From Octopus sinensis (taxonomy: Eukaryota): 64,000 nucleotides of DNA. This document shows, in pieces, positions 25,930 to 37,747 of the stretch. The DNA is taken from contig NC_043013.1 of NCBI RefSeq assembly GCF_006345805.1, positions 28,644,001-28,708,000 of the forward strand, given 5' to 3'. The position numbers and the translations under genes are program-made. Positions within the stretch are counted from its first letter, which is position 1. The number at the start of each line of letters is the position of its first letter. Below the pieces are notes generated by a model, which saw nothing but the letters and a program-made list of their open reading frames with translations, did no database searches and was not told where the DNA came from.

Positions 25930-26160
25930 TGTGTGTCACTGGAGGCTAGGATCACCAAGCATAGTTTGGCATATTTTGGTCATACTATGTGGAGAAAATC
26001 CCTGGAGAAGGACATCATGCTCGGAATGGTCAGTGGCAAGAGAGGAAGAGGCCGACCAAGAACCCGCTGGCTTGACACCATCAAGAGTGATACCAAAATG
26101 GACATAGCCAATCTGAAAAAAGCGGCCCAGGATAGAACTGACTGGAGAGTTGACTTCGAC
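25930..26160 (+). mobile_element. RTE (BovB-like) LINE ORF2 C-terminus
   Basis: SLEARITKHSLAYFGHTMWRKSLEKDIMLGMVSGKRGRGRPRTRWLDTIKSD...AAQDRTDWR is the characteristic RTE C-terminal pattern. Confidence 0.9.
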
Positions 26161-26533
26161 TGAGCGGATAAAGAAGAAGTGTGTTATATGCACACGGATA
26201 TTTTTTGGTTTTTACTTTTTCAATCATTATACTGTGGCCATGCTGGGGTGCTGCCTTGAAGAATTTTTAGGTGAATGTATCGTTCCTGGTATTTATTTTT
26301 TCTCTTAAAGCCAGGTATTTATGCTATCATTCTCTTTTGCTGAATTGCTAAGTTATGGGGATGTAAACATACTAGCACTAGTTGTGAAGCAATGCTGGTG
26401 GTGGTGGGGTACAACACAGGTACAATGACACACATCCATAAATACACACACACACACATCGTAACATATAATTGCCAACTAAGTGTGGCGTCCTATACAG
26501 GACAGTGCTACTGACATTTATAGCCTCAGGAAA

Positions 26534-26570
<37 letters not shown>

Positions 26571-26759
26571 GACATATAACACATATACATGTGTGTGTGT
26601 GTGTAAAAGGTTGAATGTAGATTTCTCCTTTAATTGGAGTGGTTTCCAAAACGATTTCTAACATTGATCCTTCATACTTTGCAGAGAATTTACTGGTGTA
26701 AATTTGTGTAGATATAAAAAGTTGTGTTAGTATATTAAATGTATGATTAAGTTACAGAA

Positions 26760-27387
26760 TGAAGTTCTATAACAGAAAGCTGTTATGGACAACGCCAATT
26801 GGAAACCACCAGACAGTCACCATAATCTTTTGCTGATGCAACTTTGGCTTTGAGAAATATTTGGGAGACTCATCATGATCAAGCCATTGACATGATTGTT
26901 TACGGTTATCATAAAGGATCCACTTTTCGTCACAAGTGACTATTCAGTCTAGAAAAAGATAGTTGGTGTTTTGTAGAAAGAGCATTGAGCACACTTCAAA
27001 ATGCTGAACTTTTTCAATTTTCACTAACCTCATGCAGTACCCATTTATCAAGTTTTTTCATCTTACCAGTCTTCTACAGATTGCGTGAGACCATTGCAAC
27101 ACCGACATCAAGTGTCTGGGACACTTCTCTGACACTTTGATATGATATTTGGTCAACAATTCCTTTCAATTGTTAAATGTCAAAATTGCATGACCGTCCT
27201 GTACCTTCATCTTCAAGGCTCTCATCACCACTACAGAATTTCTGAAAGCACCTTTGTACTGTGCGATCACTTGTGGACCCCTCTTCCCATGCTCTGTTGA
27301 TATTGGCAGCAGTTTGGGAGACATTGTGCCCAAGCTTGAACTCATGCAAGAAAAGTAAGTGAAGGACCTTTTTTGTCATGTTCATAA
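26760..27387 (-). mobile_element. Mariner transposase remnant
   Basis: HTH region LFLHEFKLGHNVSQTAANINRAWEEGSTSDRTVQRCFQKFCSGDESLEDE; first catalytic motif VTCDEKWILYDNRK at about 26900-26940; then KIMVTVWW...VHNSFL. Frame-broken, no TIRs seen. Confidence 0.9.
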
Positions 27388-27399
27388 TTAAGGGTGCCT

Positions 27400-27501
27400 A
27401 TGCTCCGTTACGTCGACCGGTCTGAACAAGGTGAGATAATAGAAAAAGCATAATTTGTTTATTATCTCCCCTTGTTCAGAACGATCGATGTGATGGAGCA
27501 T
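27400..27501 (+). ncRNA. pre-miRNA-like long hairpin (candidate)
   Basis: 42-bp stem 27400-27441/27460-27501 with 3 G-U pairs and 3 mismatches on the + strand, extendable to a 6-nt loop GCAUAA. Confidence 0.4.
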
Positions 27502-27892
27502 CTTTTGGTAGAAGCTATCATAGTGTTCATGAGTTATTTCATTGAACATTTCAGATATCAATTGGTGGGCTCTACTGGATGTGTTAGATAAGATAAACAT
27601 TATTCCCTTACGGCTGATGTAGTTTAACTCTATTTTTTTTCAATGCTTGAGCACCAATGGAAAAATTCAAATTTGATTGCAAAGAATTCAAATTTGATGG
27701 CAAAGAATCCAAACTAGATCGAAAACATCTATATATACATGTGTACATATGTAGATTTTATGAACAAAGATTTCTATCTTTACGTAGTTGTATTTTTATA
27801 ATATCTTTTATGTTTTACTTTTATTTACTTTTTTTCACACCTATTAGAGTAATTTCTCTTTATTCAATGGTTTCTTTCATAGCATTATGTTT

Positions 27893-27948
27893 TAAAAACT
27901 GATGAGGATGTCCTTTAGCCCTGGCATCTGAAACTCTGAGTATTATTA
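27893..27948 (+). ncRNA. Minimal type I hammerhead ribozyme, canonical core
   Basis: TAAAAA-CTGATGA-GGATG..CATCT-GAAA-CTC T GAG-TA^-TTATTA. Core 27899-27905, GAAA 27930-27933, predicted GUA cleavage after 27942. Confidence 0.75.
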
Positions 27949-27967
27949 TGACAACTAACTGATTCTC

Positions 27968-28014
<47 letters not shown>

Positions 28015-28199
28015 CACACACGCATATATATATATATATAGGTGCAGGCATGGCTGGTGTGGTGAGAAGCTTGCTTTTCAACCATATGGTTCCGGGTTCA
28101 GTCCCACTGCATGGTACTTTAGGAAAGTGTCTTCTACTATAATCTCGAGCCAACCAAAGCCTTTGGAGTGGATTTGGTAGATGGAATCTGAAAGGAGCC

Positions 28200-28235
<36 letters not shown>

Positions 28236-28373
28236 CGGAGATGTACTCGCATAGCAAGTAATTTGATCTGAGATCGTGTGCTGAAACGAAAACAATTGCA
28301 GCGTGGAAGGTGTTTATAAGCCATTTAAGAAACACACAAAAGCCGTTCGATTCACTTCAACATTTAAGTTTAA

Positions 28374-28423
28374 TTTGTCAAAATATTTTCGTCGCTAAAA
28401 TCCGCGACCTATTCACTGACAAA
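28374..28423 (-). ncRNA. Mirror copy of the variant hammerhead (G3-U8)
   Basis: TTTGTCA-GTGAATA-G-GTCGC..GCGAC-GAAA-ATATTT-TGACAAA; differs from the + copy only at core position 8. Confidence 0.55.
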
Positions 28424-28440
28424 GTCCGTGCAGCACGGAC

Positions 28441-28490
28441 TTTGTCAGTGAACAGGTCGCGGATTTTAGCGACGAAAATATTTTGACAAA
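28441..28490 (+). ncRNA. Minimal type I hammerhead with G3-C8 core variant
   Basis: Stem I TTTGTCA/TGACAAA (7 bp); core GTGAACA plus extra G; stem II GTCGC/GCGAC; GAAA; palindromic stem III AATATT; predicted cleavage after U28483. Confidence 0.65.
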
Positions 28491-29398
28491 TTAAACTTAA
28501 ATGTTGAAGTGAATCGAACGGCTTTTGTGTGTTTCTTAAATGGCTTATAAACACCTTCCACACTGCAATTGTTTATATATATATATATAACTATATTGTT
28601 ATATGTATGTGTAAGTCTGTGTTTGTCCCCTATCATCACTTGACAACCGATGCTGGTGAGTTTATATCTCTATAACTTAGCGGTTTGGTAAAGAGACAAT
28701 AGAATAAGTACTGGGATTTCCAAGAATAAGTGCTGAGGTCAATTTCTTCAACTAACGACCTTTAAGATGGTGCTCCAGCATGGCCACAATCAAATAAAAG
28801 AATACATATATATGATGGGTTTCTTTCAGTTTCCGTCTACCAAATCCACTCACAAGGCTTTGATCAGCCCAAGGCTATAGTAGAAGACACTTGGCCAAGG
28901 TGCCACACAGTGGGGCTGAACCCAGAACCATGTGGCTGGGAAGCAAACCTCTTACAACCCAGCCACGCCTGTGCCTATATACATGAAACAAAAAATGTGC
29001 TAAGAGACATAACTCAAAGTGGCCAGTGGCTGATTTGAACAACAAAGACTAATAAGAATATATTAAAATTCCATATGAGATAAATTCTTTGATTTATCGA
29101 AATTATCTCTACTTTCGGAGATGATAGAAGTATCGCTTGGGAGCAATTGGGACCGACTCCAAATGAGAATGGAAGATAATTTCAAGAATCAAAAATTCCT
29201 CACCATATACATATGCATTTATGCATGTATGCGTGTATGTATTTATATATGTATGTGTTAATGTATGTATATATGTAAGCATGTATGAATGTGTATATAT
29301 TACATACATATATATATGTGTGTGTGTTTGTGTGTGTGTGTGTGTATATCTATCTATCTATCTATCTATCTCTCTCTCTCTATATATATATATATATA

Positions 29399-30293
29399 CT
29401 AGCAGTATTGCCCGGCGTTGCTCGGGTTTGTAAGGGAAATAACTATAAAGCATTTTTAGAGAGTTATAGCCAAAAGATAGCAAAAAAATGCATTAAAAAT
29501 GGAAAAAAATTATAGTAAATTTTTTTAAATCGTTGACTCATCGTAGACATTTTTAGAGAGTTACTTCCCTTATATAATAGCAAACAAAAATGCATTAAAA
29601 TGGAAAAAAATGATGGAAAATTATTTTTTAAATCGTAGACTCATCGTAGATGCGCGCTAATACCCAGAAGGGCTCGATATGAATCACGACTATAAGATAC
29701 CCGGTTTTGGTTAAACTGTACCGCAAAATGTGGGAGTAGTTAGGAATCTAAATCGTAGGAGACAGACACACAACTTCACTTTTATATATAAAGATTTGTG
29801 CAACAACTAAAACATTCGGTTGTGCAAATTGTTTGCACAGGAAACCTGCCCTGTGTGGCGGTAATTGCCGTTTTTGTGGATCTGTTTCAGCTTTTTTAGC
29901 GATTTCTGTTTTGGCGACTTCAAGCCATGAAGTCGTTGTTCTAAAAGAACGCTGGTCTCCTTGACAACGCTTTACGACGTTGATTTCCTTACACTCCCTT
30001 CCCCACAGCTTCACGAGGGAGGGAAGAAGGGGGAGAAGCAACACAGGTGCAGGTGCAGGCATGGATGCCAACTCCGCCGCCATCGACACACGAAAAAATA
30101 TGCGTTAAAATGGAAAAAATTTATGGTAAATTATTTTTTAAATCATAGACTCATCGTAGACGCGCGCTAATACCCAGACGGGCTCGATATGAATCACGAC
30201 TATAAGATACCCAGAATTTGGTTAAACTGCACCGCAAAATGTGGGAGTAGTTAGGAATCTAAATCGTCGGAGACAGATACTCACACAACTTCA

Positions 30294-30310
<17 letters not shown>
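29399..30310 (-). mobile_element. Composite non-autonomous Helitron
   Basis: 3' end CCCGAGCAACGCCGGG hairpin, 8 nt, then CTAG|T (29399-29402). Internal 5' end A|TC at 29794. A second 5' segment at about 30095-30300 runs into (TA)n. Confidence 0.8.
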
Positions 30311-30338
<28 letters not shown>

Positions 30339-30501
30339 ATGTGTGTGTGCAAGAGTGGCTGTGTGAACCACATGGTTCTGGGTTCAGTCCCACTGCATGG
30401 CACCTTGGGCAAGTGTCTTCTACTATAGCCTCAGGCCAACCAAAGCCTTGTGAGTGGATCTTGTTGACAGAAAGTGAAAGAAACCCATTATATATATATA
30501 T

Positions 30502-30552
<51 letters not shown>

Positions 30553-31604
30553 CATATATATGTATATATAATGTGGGTGTGAATGTATTTATGTATGTTT
30601 GTGTGTCTGTGTTTGTCCCCCCACCATCGCTTGACAACCGATGTTGGTGTATTTATGTTCCCGTAACTTAGTGGTTTAGCAAAAGAGACTGATAGAATAA
30701 GTACTAAGGTTACAAAGAATAAGTCCTGAGATTGATTTGCTCAACTAAAGGTGGTGCTCCAGCATGGCTGCAGTCACATGATTAAAACAAGTAAAAGAAA
30801 AATAAAAGAAAATATATATATATATATAAATGGCGGTGCCCCAGCATGGCCACAGCTCGTGAGCTGAAACTAGATAAAATAAAAAATAAAATAAATATAT
30901 ATATATATATATATATTCTTTTATTCTTTTACTTGTTTCAGTCATTTAGTTGAGCAAATCCACCCCAGGACTTATTCTTTTTATGCCTAGTACTTATTCT
31001 AACAGTTTGCCAAACTAAGTTACAGGGATGTAAACACACCAACATCAGTTTCCAAGTGACGGTGGGGGTCAAACACATACATATATATATATATATATGA
31101 GCTTCTCACAGTTTCTACTTACCAAATCCACTCACAAGGGTTTGGTTGGCCAGATGCTATAGTAGAAGACACTTGCCCAAGGTGCCATGCAGTGGGACTG
31201 AACCCGGAACCATGAAGCCTGGAAGCAAGCTACTTACCACACAGCCACTCCTGCACCTATCATATTTTATGTGCACATTTACATCCACATCACATATAAT
31301 ATAAACATTCTAACAATAAGTTGCATAATGAAAACAATATCAGTCACAGCAACAGTTATAATAATTATTTCAAATTTTTTCCACAAGAGTAGCTTAGGGG
31401 GAGGTGGGGACGAGTCAATTACCTTGACCCTAGTATGTAACTGGTACTTATCTTATTGACCCTGAAAGGATGAAAAGCAAAGTCAACCTTGGCAGAATTT
31501 GAACTCAGAATATAGCTACGGGCGAAATACCACTAAGCATTTTGTCCAGTATGCTAACGATTCAGCCAGCTCGCTGCCCTAATGATAACGATACCATTAT
31601 TATT

Positions 31605-31652
<48 letters not shown>

Positions 31653-31654
<2 letters not shown>

Positions 31655-31875
31655 AGTTCTATATTTAAAAGTAGTGGTTAAGAGCGCGGGCTACTAACCC
31701 CAAGATTCTGAGTTTGATTCCAGGCAGTGACCTTAATAATAATAATAACAACATCAAAAATTACCTTAGGAAGGAGAACCCAGGTTCAAAATTTCCCCAA
31801 GACACCTGATGAAGGCTGTTAACAACAAACAAGATGAGGACAAATATCTGTCAAATATAAATAATGTAAATAATA
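31653..31875 (+). mobile_element. tRNA-headed hammerhead element (family E), internally deleted copy
   Basis: Head GTAGTGGTTAAGAGCGCGGGCTACTAACCCCAAGATTCTGAGTTTGATTCC. GACACCTGATGAAGGCTG joined directly to TTAAC (stem II 3' arm to cleavage site deleted). An inverted tail remnant ACAGTTCTATATTTAA lies upstream. Confidence 0.8.
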
Positions 31876-32220
31876 ATAATGTTTTCTATTATAGGCACAA
31901 AGCCTGAAATTTGTTGGGTGGAGGTTAGCTTGTTACATGGGGCCCCAGTGTTTCACTGGTACTCAGTTTATCGACCCTGAAAGGATGAAAGGCAAAATCG
32001 ACCTCAACAGAATGTGAACTCAGAACATAGTGGCAGACGAAATGCTGCTAAGCATTTCATCCAGCGTGCTAACGATGCTGCCAGCTTGCTGCCTTAATAA
32101 TAATAATAATAATAATAATAACAGTGATAAAGGTGCTTCTGACATATATGTATGTGAGTATGTATTATATGTGTGTGTGTTGTGTGTGTGTATATATATG
32201 TATGCTTTAAACATATATAC

Positions 32221-32291
<71 letters not shown>

Positions 32292-33574
32292 ATATACACA
32301 TACACATGCATATGCTCACGTATTTCTCTCAGTTGGTAGATTAATTTGCTTTTATCACTTCTTGCATCTCTTTTATTGCTGTTTGTTACACACATGCACA
32401 CAATTCTTACTCCTTCTCTCTCTCTCTCTCTCTCTCTCCATATTTTTCACTTTGTCTAAATGGCTTCCCCTTTTTCCTCTTCTTCTTTCTGCTTTTTTCT
32501 TTTTTTTTTCGCATCATCTGATTGTCAATGTCAGTTAGTGCAGCCATCCATGAAACCCTTTGCTACCTGTTACACATGTTATAATACATAGAACACTACT
32601 TCACTTGTGTATAGTTGTAATTCTTTATGGGGAACGTGGGACAGAGGTGGATCATCCATTCCTGTGGTTGTTGTGCTGCAGACCTAACCAATCCACACAA
32701 GAATGAACAAAGCAAGAGCTACGTATTATAAATGCAATAGGCGACATTTGCTTTAATAAAAAGTTTCTATCAGAAGAAGGTAAAATTTGATCAGGATTTG
32801 CAGTTGAATAATTAATTCTCTTGGCCACAGTTTTCTTACGACCTCTCTCTGTACATATATATGTTCACAGAATGACTCTAATCTGATTTTCACTGCTTGT
32901 CTCTTAGAAATATTTATAGTTAGACATCACAGGCATTAATATGAAACAGAAAAGAGAATCAAGTCTACTGACAGGGGACTTAAATCATGTATCTATTACT
33001 TACCGGTTGACTGCGTTACAAATAACACTACAGATCGCCTGACCGATGTATCTTCTTGAGTTACATACAATAATTTGTTTCTGCTATTTTAACAATATTA
33101 TTTTATCTCGATATGTGGTTTGAGTTGCATCAGTAAATCTGTATTTGTCTCTTCTATCTCCAACTGTTGTGTTTTGTGTTTAATATTATTTACATTAAAA
33201 ATTATTTGTTTTTGTTTCTGTTTACATTTTTACTGATCTTTTTTTTTATATCTGTAATTGTTGTGGCTAACCTTTTTCTTTTATATTTTATCCTTCAGTC
33301 ATTAGATTACGGCCATGCTGGGGTCACCACCTTGAAGGGTTTAAAGGTTTAGTCAAACGAATTGCACCCCCAGGCACTTTTTTTTTTTGTAAATCTTGTA
33401 CTTATGCTATTGGTCTCTTTTACTGAATTGCTAAATTACTGGGATGTAAACAAACCAGCACTTGTTGTCAATGGGTGGTGATGACAAGCAGAGAAATAAA
33501 GACACACACACACGCATATATACAAGAAGAGAGCATATATCAATCAACTTTTGGAAAGACTTAGGTGAAAGTCA

Positions 33575-33815
33575 CCCCACCAGACAGGCAGACAGACAGA
33601 CAAACTGACAGACAGACAGGCAGACAGACAGACAGACAGGCAGACAGACAGACAAACAGAGAGATAGACAGACAGGCAGGCAGACAAACTGACAGACAGA
33701 CAGGCAGGCAGACAGACAAACAGAGAGATAGACAGGTAGACAGGCACACAGACAGGCAGAGAGAAAGAGACAGACAGACAGGCAGAGAGTGAGACAGACA
33801 GACAGGCAGACAGGA
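33575..33815. repeat. (GACA/GGCA)n microsatellite
   Basis: Directly visible. Confidence 0.95.
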
Positions 33816-34372
33816 TGAAAAGCAAAATTGACAATCTTTTACTTGTTTCAGTCATTAGACTGCGGCCATGCTGGGGCCCTGCCTTGAAGAATATTTTTAG
33901 TTAAATGACTCGACCCTAGTATTTATATACGGTTTTAAGCCTGGTACTTATTCTATTGGTTCATTTTGCTGAACCGCTAAGTCATGGGGACATAACCACA
34001 CAAACACTGGTTGTCAAGCAGTGGTGGTGGACAAACACAGACACAAAGACACAGAGCTACCCCACCCCCAACCCACATACACACACACAAACATACAGCA
34101 GGCTTCTTTCAGTTTCCATCTACTAAATTCACTCACAAGGTTTTATGCAGCTTAAGGTGCCACACAGTAGGACTGAACTTGGAACCAAGTGATTGAAAAG
34201 CAAACTTCTTACCATACAGCCACAGTGGATTTAGATTTGAATGTAGAACATAAAAAGCCAAAACAAATACTGCAAAACATTTTGTCCTTTGTTTTCATGA
34301 TTTCACTAATTCCACCATTCTTTAAAAAATGTATGATAATGGTAATTGGTTTATCTTAATTGTATGTGTGTA

Positions 34373-34413
<41 letters not shown>

Positions 34414-34434
34414 TATAACACCCCTATCTCAATT

Positions 34435-34596
<162 letters not shown>

Positions 34597-35042
34597 ATAT
34601 GTTTCTGTGTCTGTGTTTGTCCCCCCAACATCGCTTGACAACCGATGCTGGAGTGTTTACATCCCTGTAACTTAGCGGTCCGGCAAAAGAGACTGATAGA
34701 ATAAGTACTAGGCTTACAACGAATAAGTCACTGGGGTCGATTTGCTCCAGCATGCCAACAGTCAAATGATTGAAACAAGTAAAAGAGTAAAGAGAGAGTA
34801 CATATATATATTCTTGTTTCATTTCATTTTGTTTTTTTATTAGTATATATGAATACATACAATTTATAAGACAAATGGTATTCATTCAATGAAAGCCACA
34901 TCAAGATGTTAATATCTAGTGGTAATACAAATAAGGATAAGTCATAGAAATTATAAGATAACATATATATTGAATTTTTAGATAATGTTAGAGCCCCATG
35001 TTTAATAAATCTATATACAGCTTTGCTGTTAGCATCATCGTT

Positions 35043-35078
<36 letters not shown>

Positions 35079-35671
35079 GTCATCGTCATCATCATTATCA
35101 TCATCACCATCACCATTGTCAATATCATTTAATATCCACTATCCCATGCTTGCATGGGTCAAACAGAATTTGTTGTGGCAGAATTTCTATGGTCAGTTGC
35201 CCTTCCTGTTGTCAACTATCACCTGTTTCCAATCAAGGCAATAATTTCCTTATGGTCAGACTATCTGGTCACTGCCTGCACCACTCTGAACTGGGAGCAT
35301 CCAAATTAGTCTTGTGGAAGCCACCATAGCAGATACTGGCCTGGAATGTATCCTTGATCTTGAGGCAGCGATGATGGACTGAGAAGTGTGGCAAGTGGAC
35401 TTTGTTGCTGCAGTCTGAGTTGGAACTTGGCCATAATAATAATAACAATAATAATAGCGGTTTCAAATTTTGCCACAGGAGCAGCAATTTTGGGGGAAGG
35501 GAACTAGTCAATTACATTGACCCCAGTGTTTCACTGGTACTTAATTTATGGACGCTGAAAAGATGAAAGGCAAAGTCAACCTCAGCAGAATTTGAACTCA
35601 GAATGTAGTGGCAGATGAAATACCGCTAAGCATTTCACCCACCATGCTAATGATTCTACCAGCTCACTGCT

Positions 35672-35725
<54 letters not shown>

Positions 35726-35834
35726 GTAATAGTAATAGCCAAATATACTTTCCACTGGAAGAGAACAACATTGCTTGTATGACAGTGATGTTTTTTAAAA
35801 CCATCACATGATCTCAAGACTGGAGTGCACACAC

Positions 35835-35886
<52 letters not shown>

Positions 35887-36299
35887 TACCATGAGTTTCT
35901 CTTAGTTTCCTTCTACCAAATCTACTCACAAGGCATTAGTAAGCTCAGGCTATAAATTGAAGACACTTGCCCAATGTGTCATGCAGTGAGATTGAACCCA
36001 AGGCCACATGTCTCTTAACTATGCTGCCACATCTCTGCCTAATACTATTTACAAATTTAATTCCAAATATGTTGTGCCAGTCTGTAATGAGAAGGAAAAT
36101 CATTATCTTAATGAATGATATTGATCAAGAAATGTAAAAGAGGCTACTCCCAGGATCCTCCTCCTCCTCCTCATCATCATCATCATTTAACATCTGATTT
36201 ATTTTATGTGGCTGGTTTGACAGGAGCTAAGACTGGGAGCCACTGGCATGGCTTCTACAGCTGGATACCTTTCCTAATGCCAACCACTTGACAAAGTGC

Positions 36300-36540
36300 A
36301 CTGGATGCTTTTTTTACATGGCACCAACACCACTGCTTTTTGTGTGGCACCATCACCAGTTCTTTTCACCTGGCACCAGCCCCAGTTCTTCCTACCTGGC
36401 ACCATCACCAGTTCTTTTTACCTGGCACCAGCACCAGCACCATTTCTTTTTACCTAGTACCAGCACCATTTCTTTTTACCTGGCACCAGCACTATTTCTT
36501 TTTACCTGGCCCTATCACCAATGCTTTTTATGTGGCATCA
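36300..36540. repeat. Short-unit (about 24-30 bp) tandem array inside a family C element
   Basis: TTTTTACCTGGCACCA(G/T)CACCA repeated about 7-8 times. Confidence 0.8.
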
Positions 36541-37467
36541 GAAAATCCCTAACTTTTTTTAAAAAGTAGTTTGGGTCCAATAGTTGACTTGTTTCTGTAA
36601 TGAGGTGAGAGAAGCTTCACATTACATGTAGCCTTACTCATTTATGATTGTAGCCAGACTGTTTATAAGTTCAGTTTTATTTCAGGAATTGATTTCCAGA
36701 AAACTTTCAATAAAGTCTAATAAGAAAGATAAAATAGCTTTATGATTTTTTTTTAATAAAAAAACAACAAAAACAGTAAAAACAAACAAAACTAACCCAA
36801 AACAGCAATCATGAAGTGACATCATGACATTTTTCGTAAATTGCTGGAAAATTGAATATAAATCTATCAAAGTAAATTACATTTAAACTAATAAAAGAAA
36901 GGTAAAAGAGAACAACAAAAAAAAAGAAAAGAAAAAATAAGAAAAACCAAACAACAAAACAAAAAAAATAAACTCTGGCATCTTTAACAAATTAAGACTC
37001 TTCTTTTGAAATCAATATCCATAGAAGCTAATTGATCTTTAATTGAGATAAAAGTTTATTTTCTATATCAGAACAAACTTTTAGTCAAAGCTAAATCTAA
37101 ATTCTGGCTTTTTTTTTGGCCTTAATTTTTTTTTATACAAATTCTTGGGTAATTTTTAAACACTGATTTGTTTTCTTCAATGTTAATATTACTGTTTTGG
37201 TCGTGATTCCTACTTATTTGTATTGAGTCTTACTCTGGTGAAGTGGTAGTGGTGGTGGTGGTGGTGACAGAGTGACTCTGTTTGAAACAGAACTGTAATA
37301 GGGGGATACTAATCATTGCCCAGGCCCATGGAAGAACTTGAATTCACTACAGCAAGCATACCTAGGGTTTGAACTGTCACTGCTTGTACAGTTCTATATT
37401 TAAGAGATGAGGAACTATTTACATTATTTACATTTGACGTATATTTGTCCTCATCTTGTTTGTTGTT

Positions 37468-37513
37468 AACACAAGGTTTCGGCTGATATACCCTCCAGCC
37501 TTCATCAGGTGTC
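37468..37513 (-). ncRNA. Minimal type I hammerhead (family E)
   Basis: GACAC-CTGATGA-A-GGCTG..CAGCC-GAAA-CCTT-GTGTT. Stem III mutated from the inferred ACGT. Confidence 0.7.
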
Positions 37514-37701
37514 TTGGGGAGATTTTGAACCTGGGTTCTCATTCGTAAGGTGTTTTTCGATGTTATTATTATTATTATTATTAATCAGATCACTGCTTGG
37601 AATTGAACTCAGAATCTTGGGGTTAGTAGCCCGCACCCTTACCCACTATGCCATATGAAAAATACCTTAGGAATGAGAACCCAGGTTCGAAGTTTCCCCA
37701 A

Positions 37702-37747
37702 GACACCTGATGAAGGCTTGAGGGTGTATCAGCCGAAATGTTGTGTT
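37702..37747 (+). ncRNA. Minimal type I hammerhead (family E)
   Basis: GACAC-CTGATGA-A-GGCT..AGCC-GAAA-TGTT-GTGTT. CpG-type change in stem III. Confidence 0.7.

Larger units (their letters stand above)
28290..28574. repeat. Near-perfect 285-bp palindrome
   Basis: Arms 28290-28431 and 28433-28574 around the single base A28432; I count 2 mismatches in 142 bp. Confidence 0.95.
28040..28805 (+). mobile_element. Family B SINE interrupted in its (TA)n by the hammerhead palindrome
   Basis: 5' module 28040-28205 and 3' module 28610-28805 match 44718-45135; insert at about 28235-28574. Confidence 0.8.

Noticed and set aside
27388-27610. Kolobok-like element from TTAAGGG to CCCTTA
   Set aside because: Only 5-6 bp of terminal match and no second TTAA.
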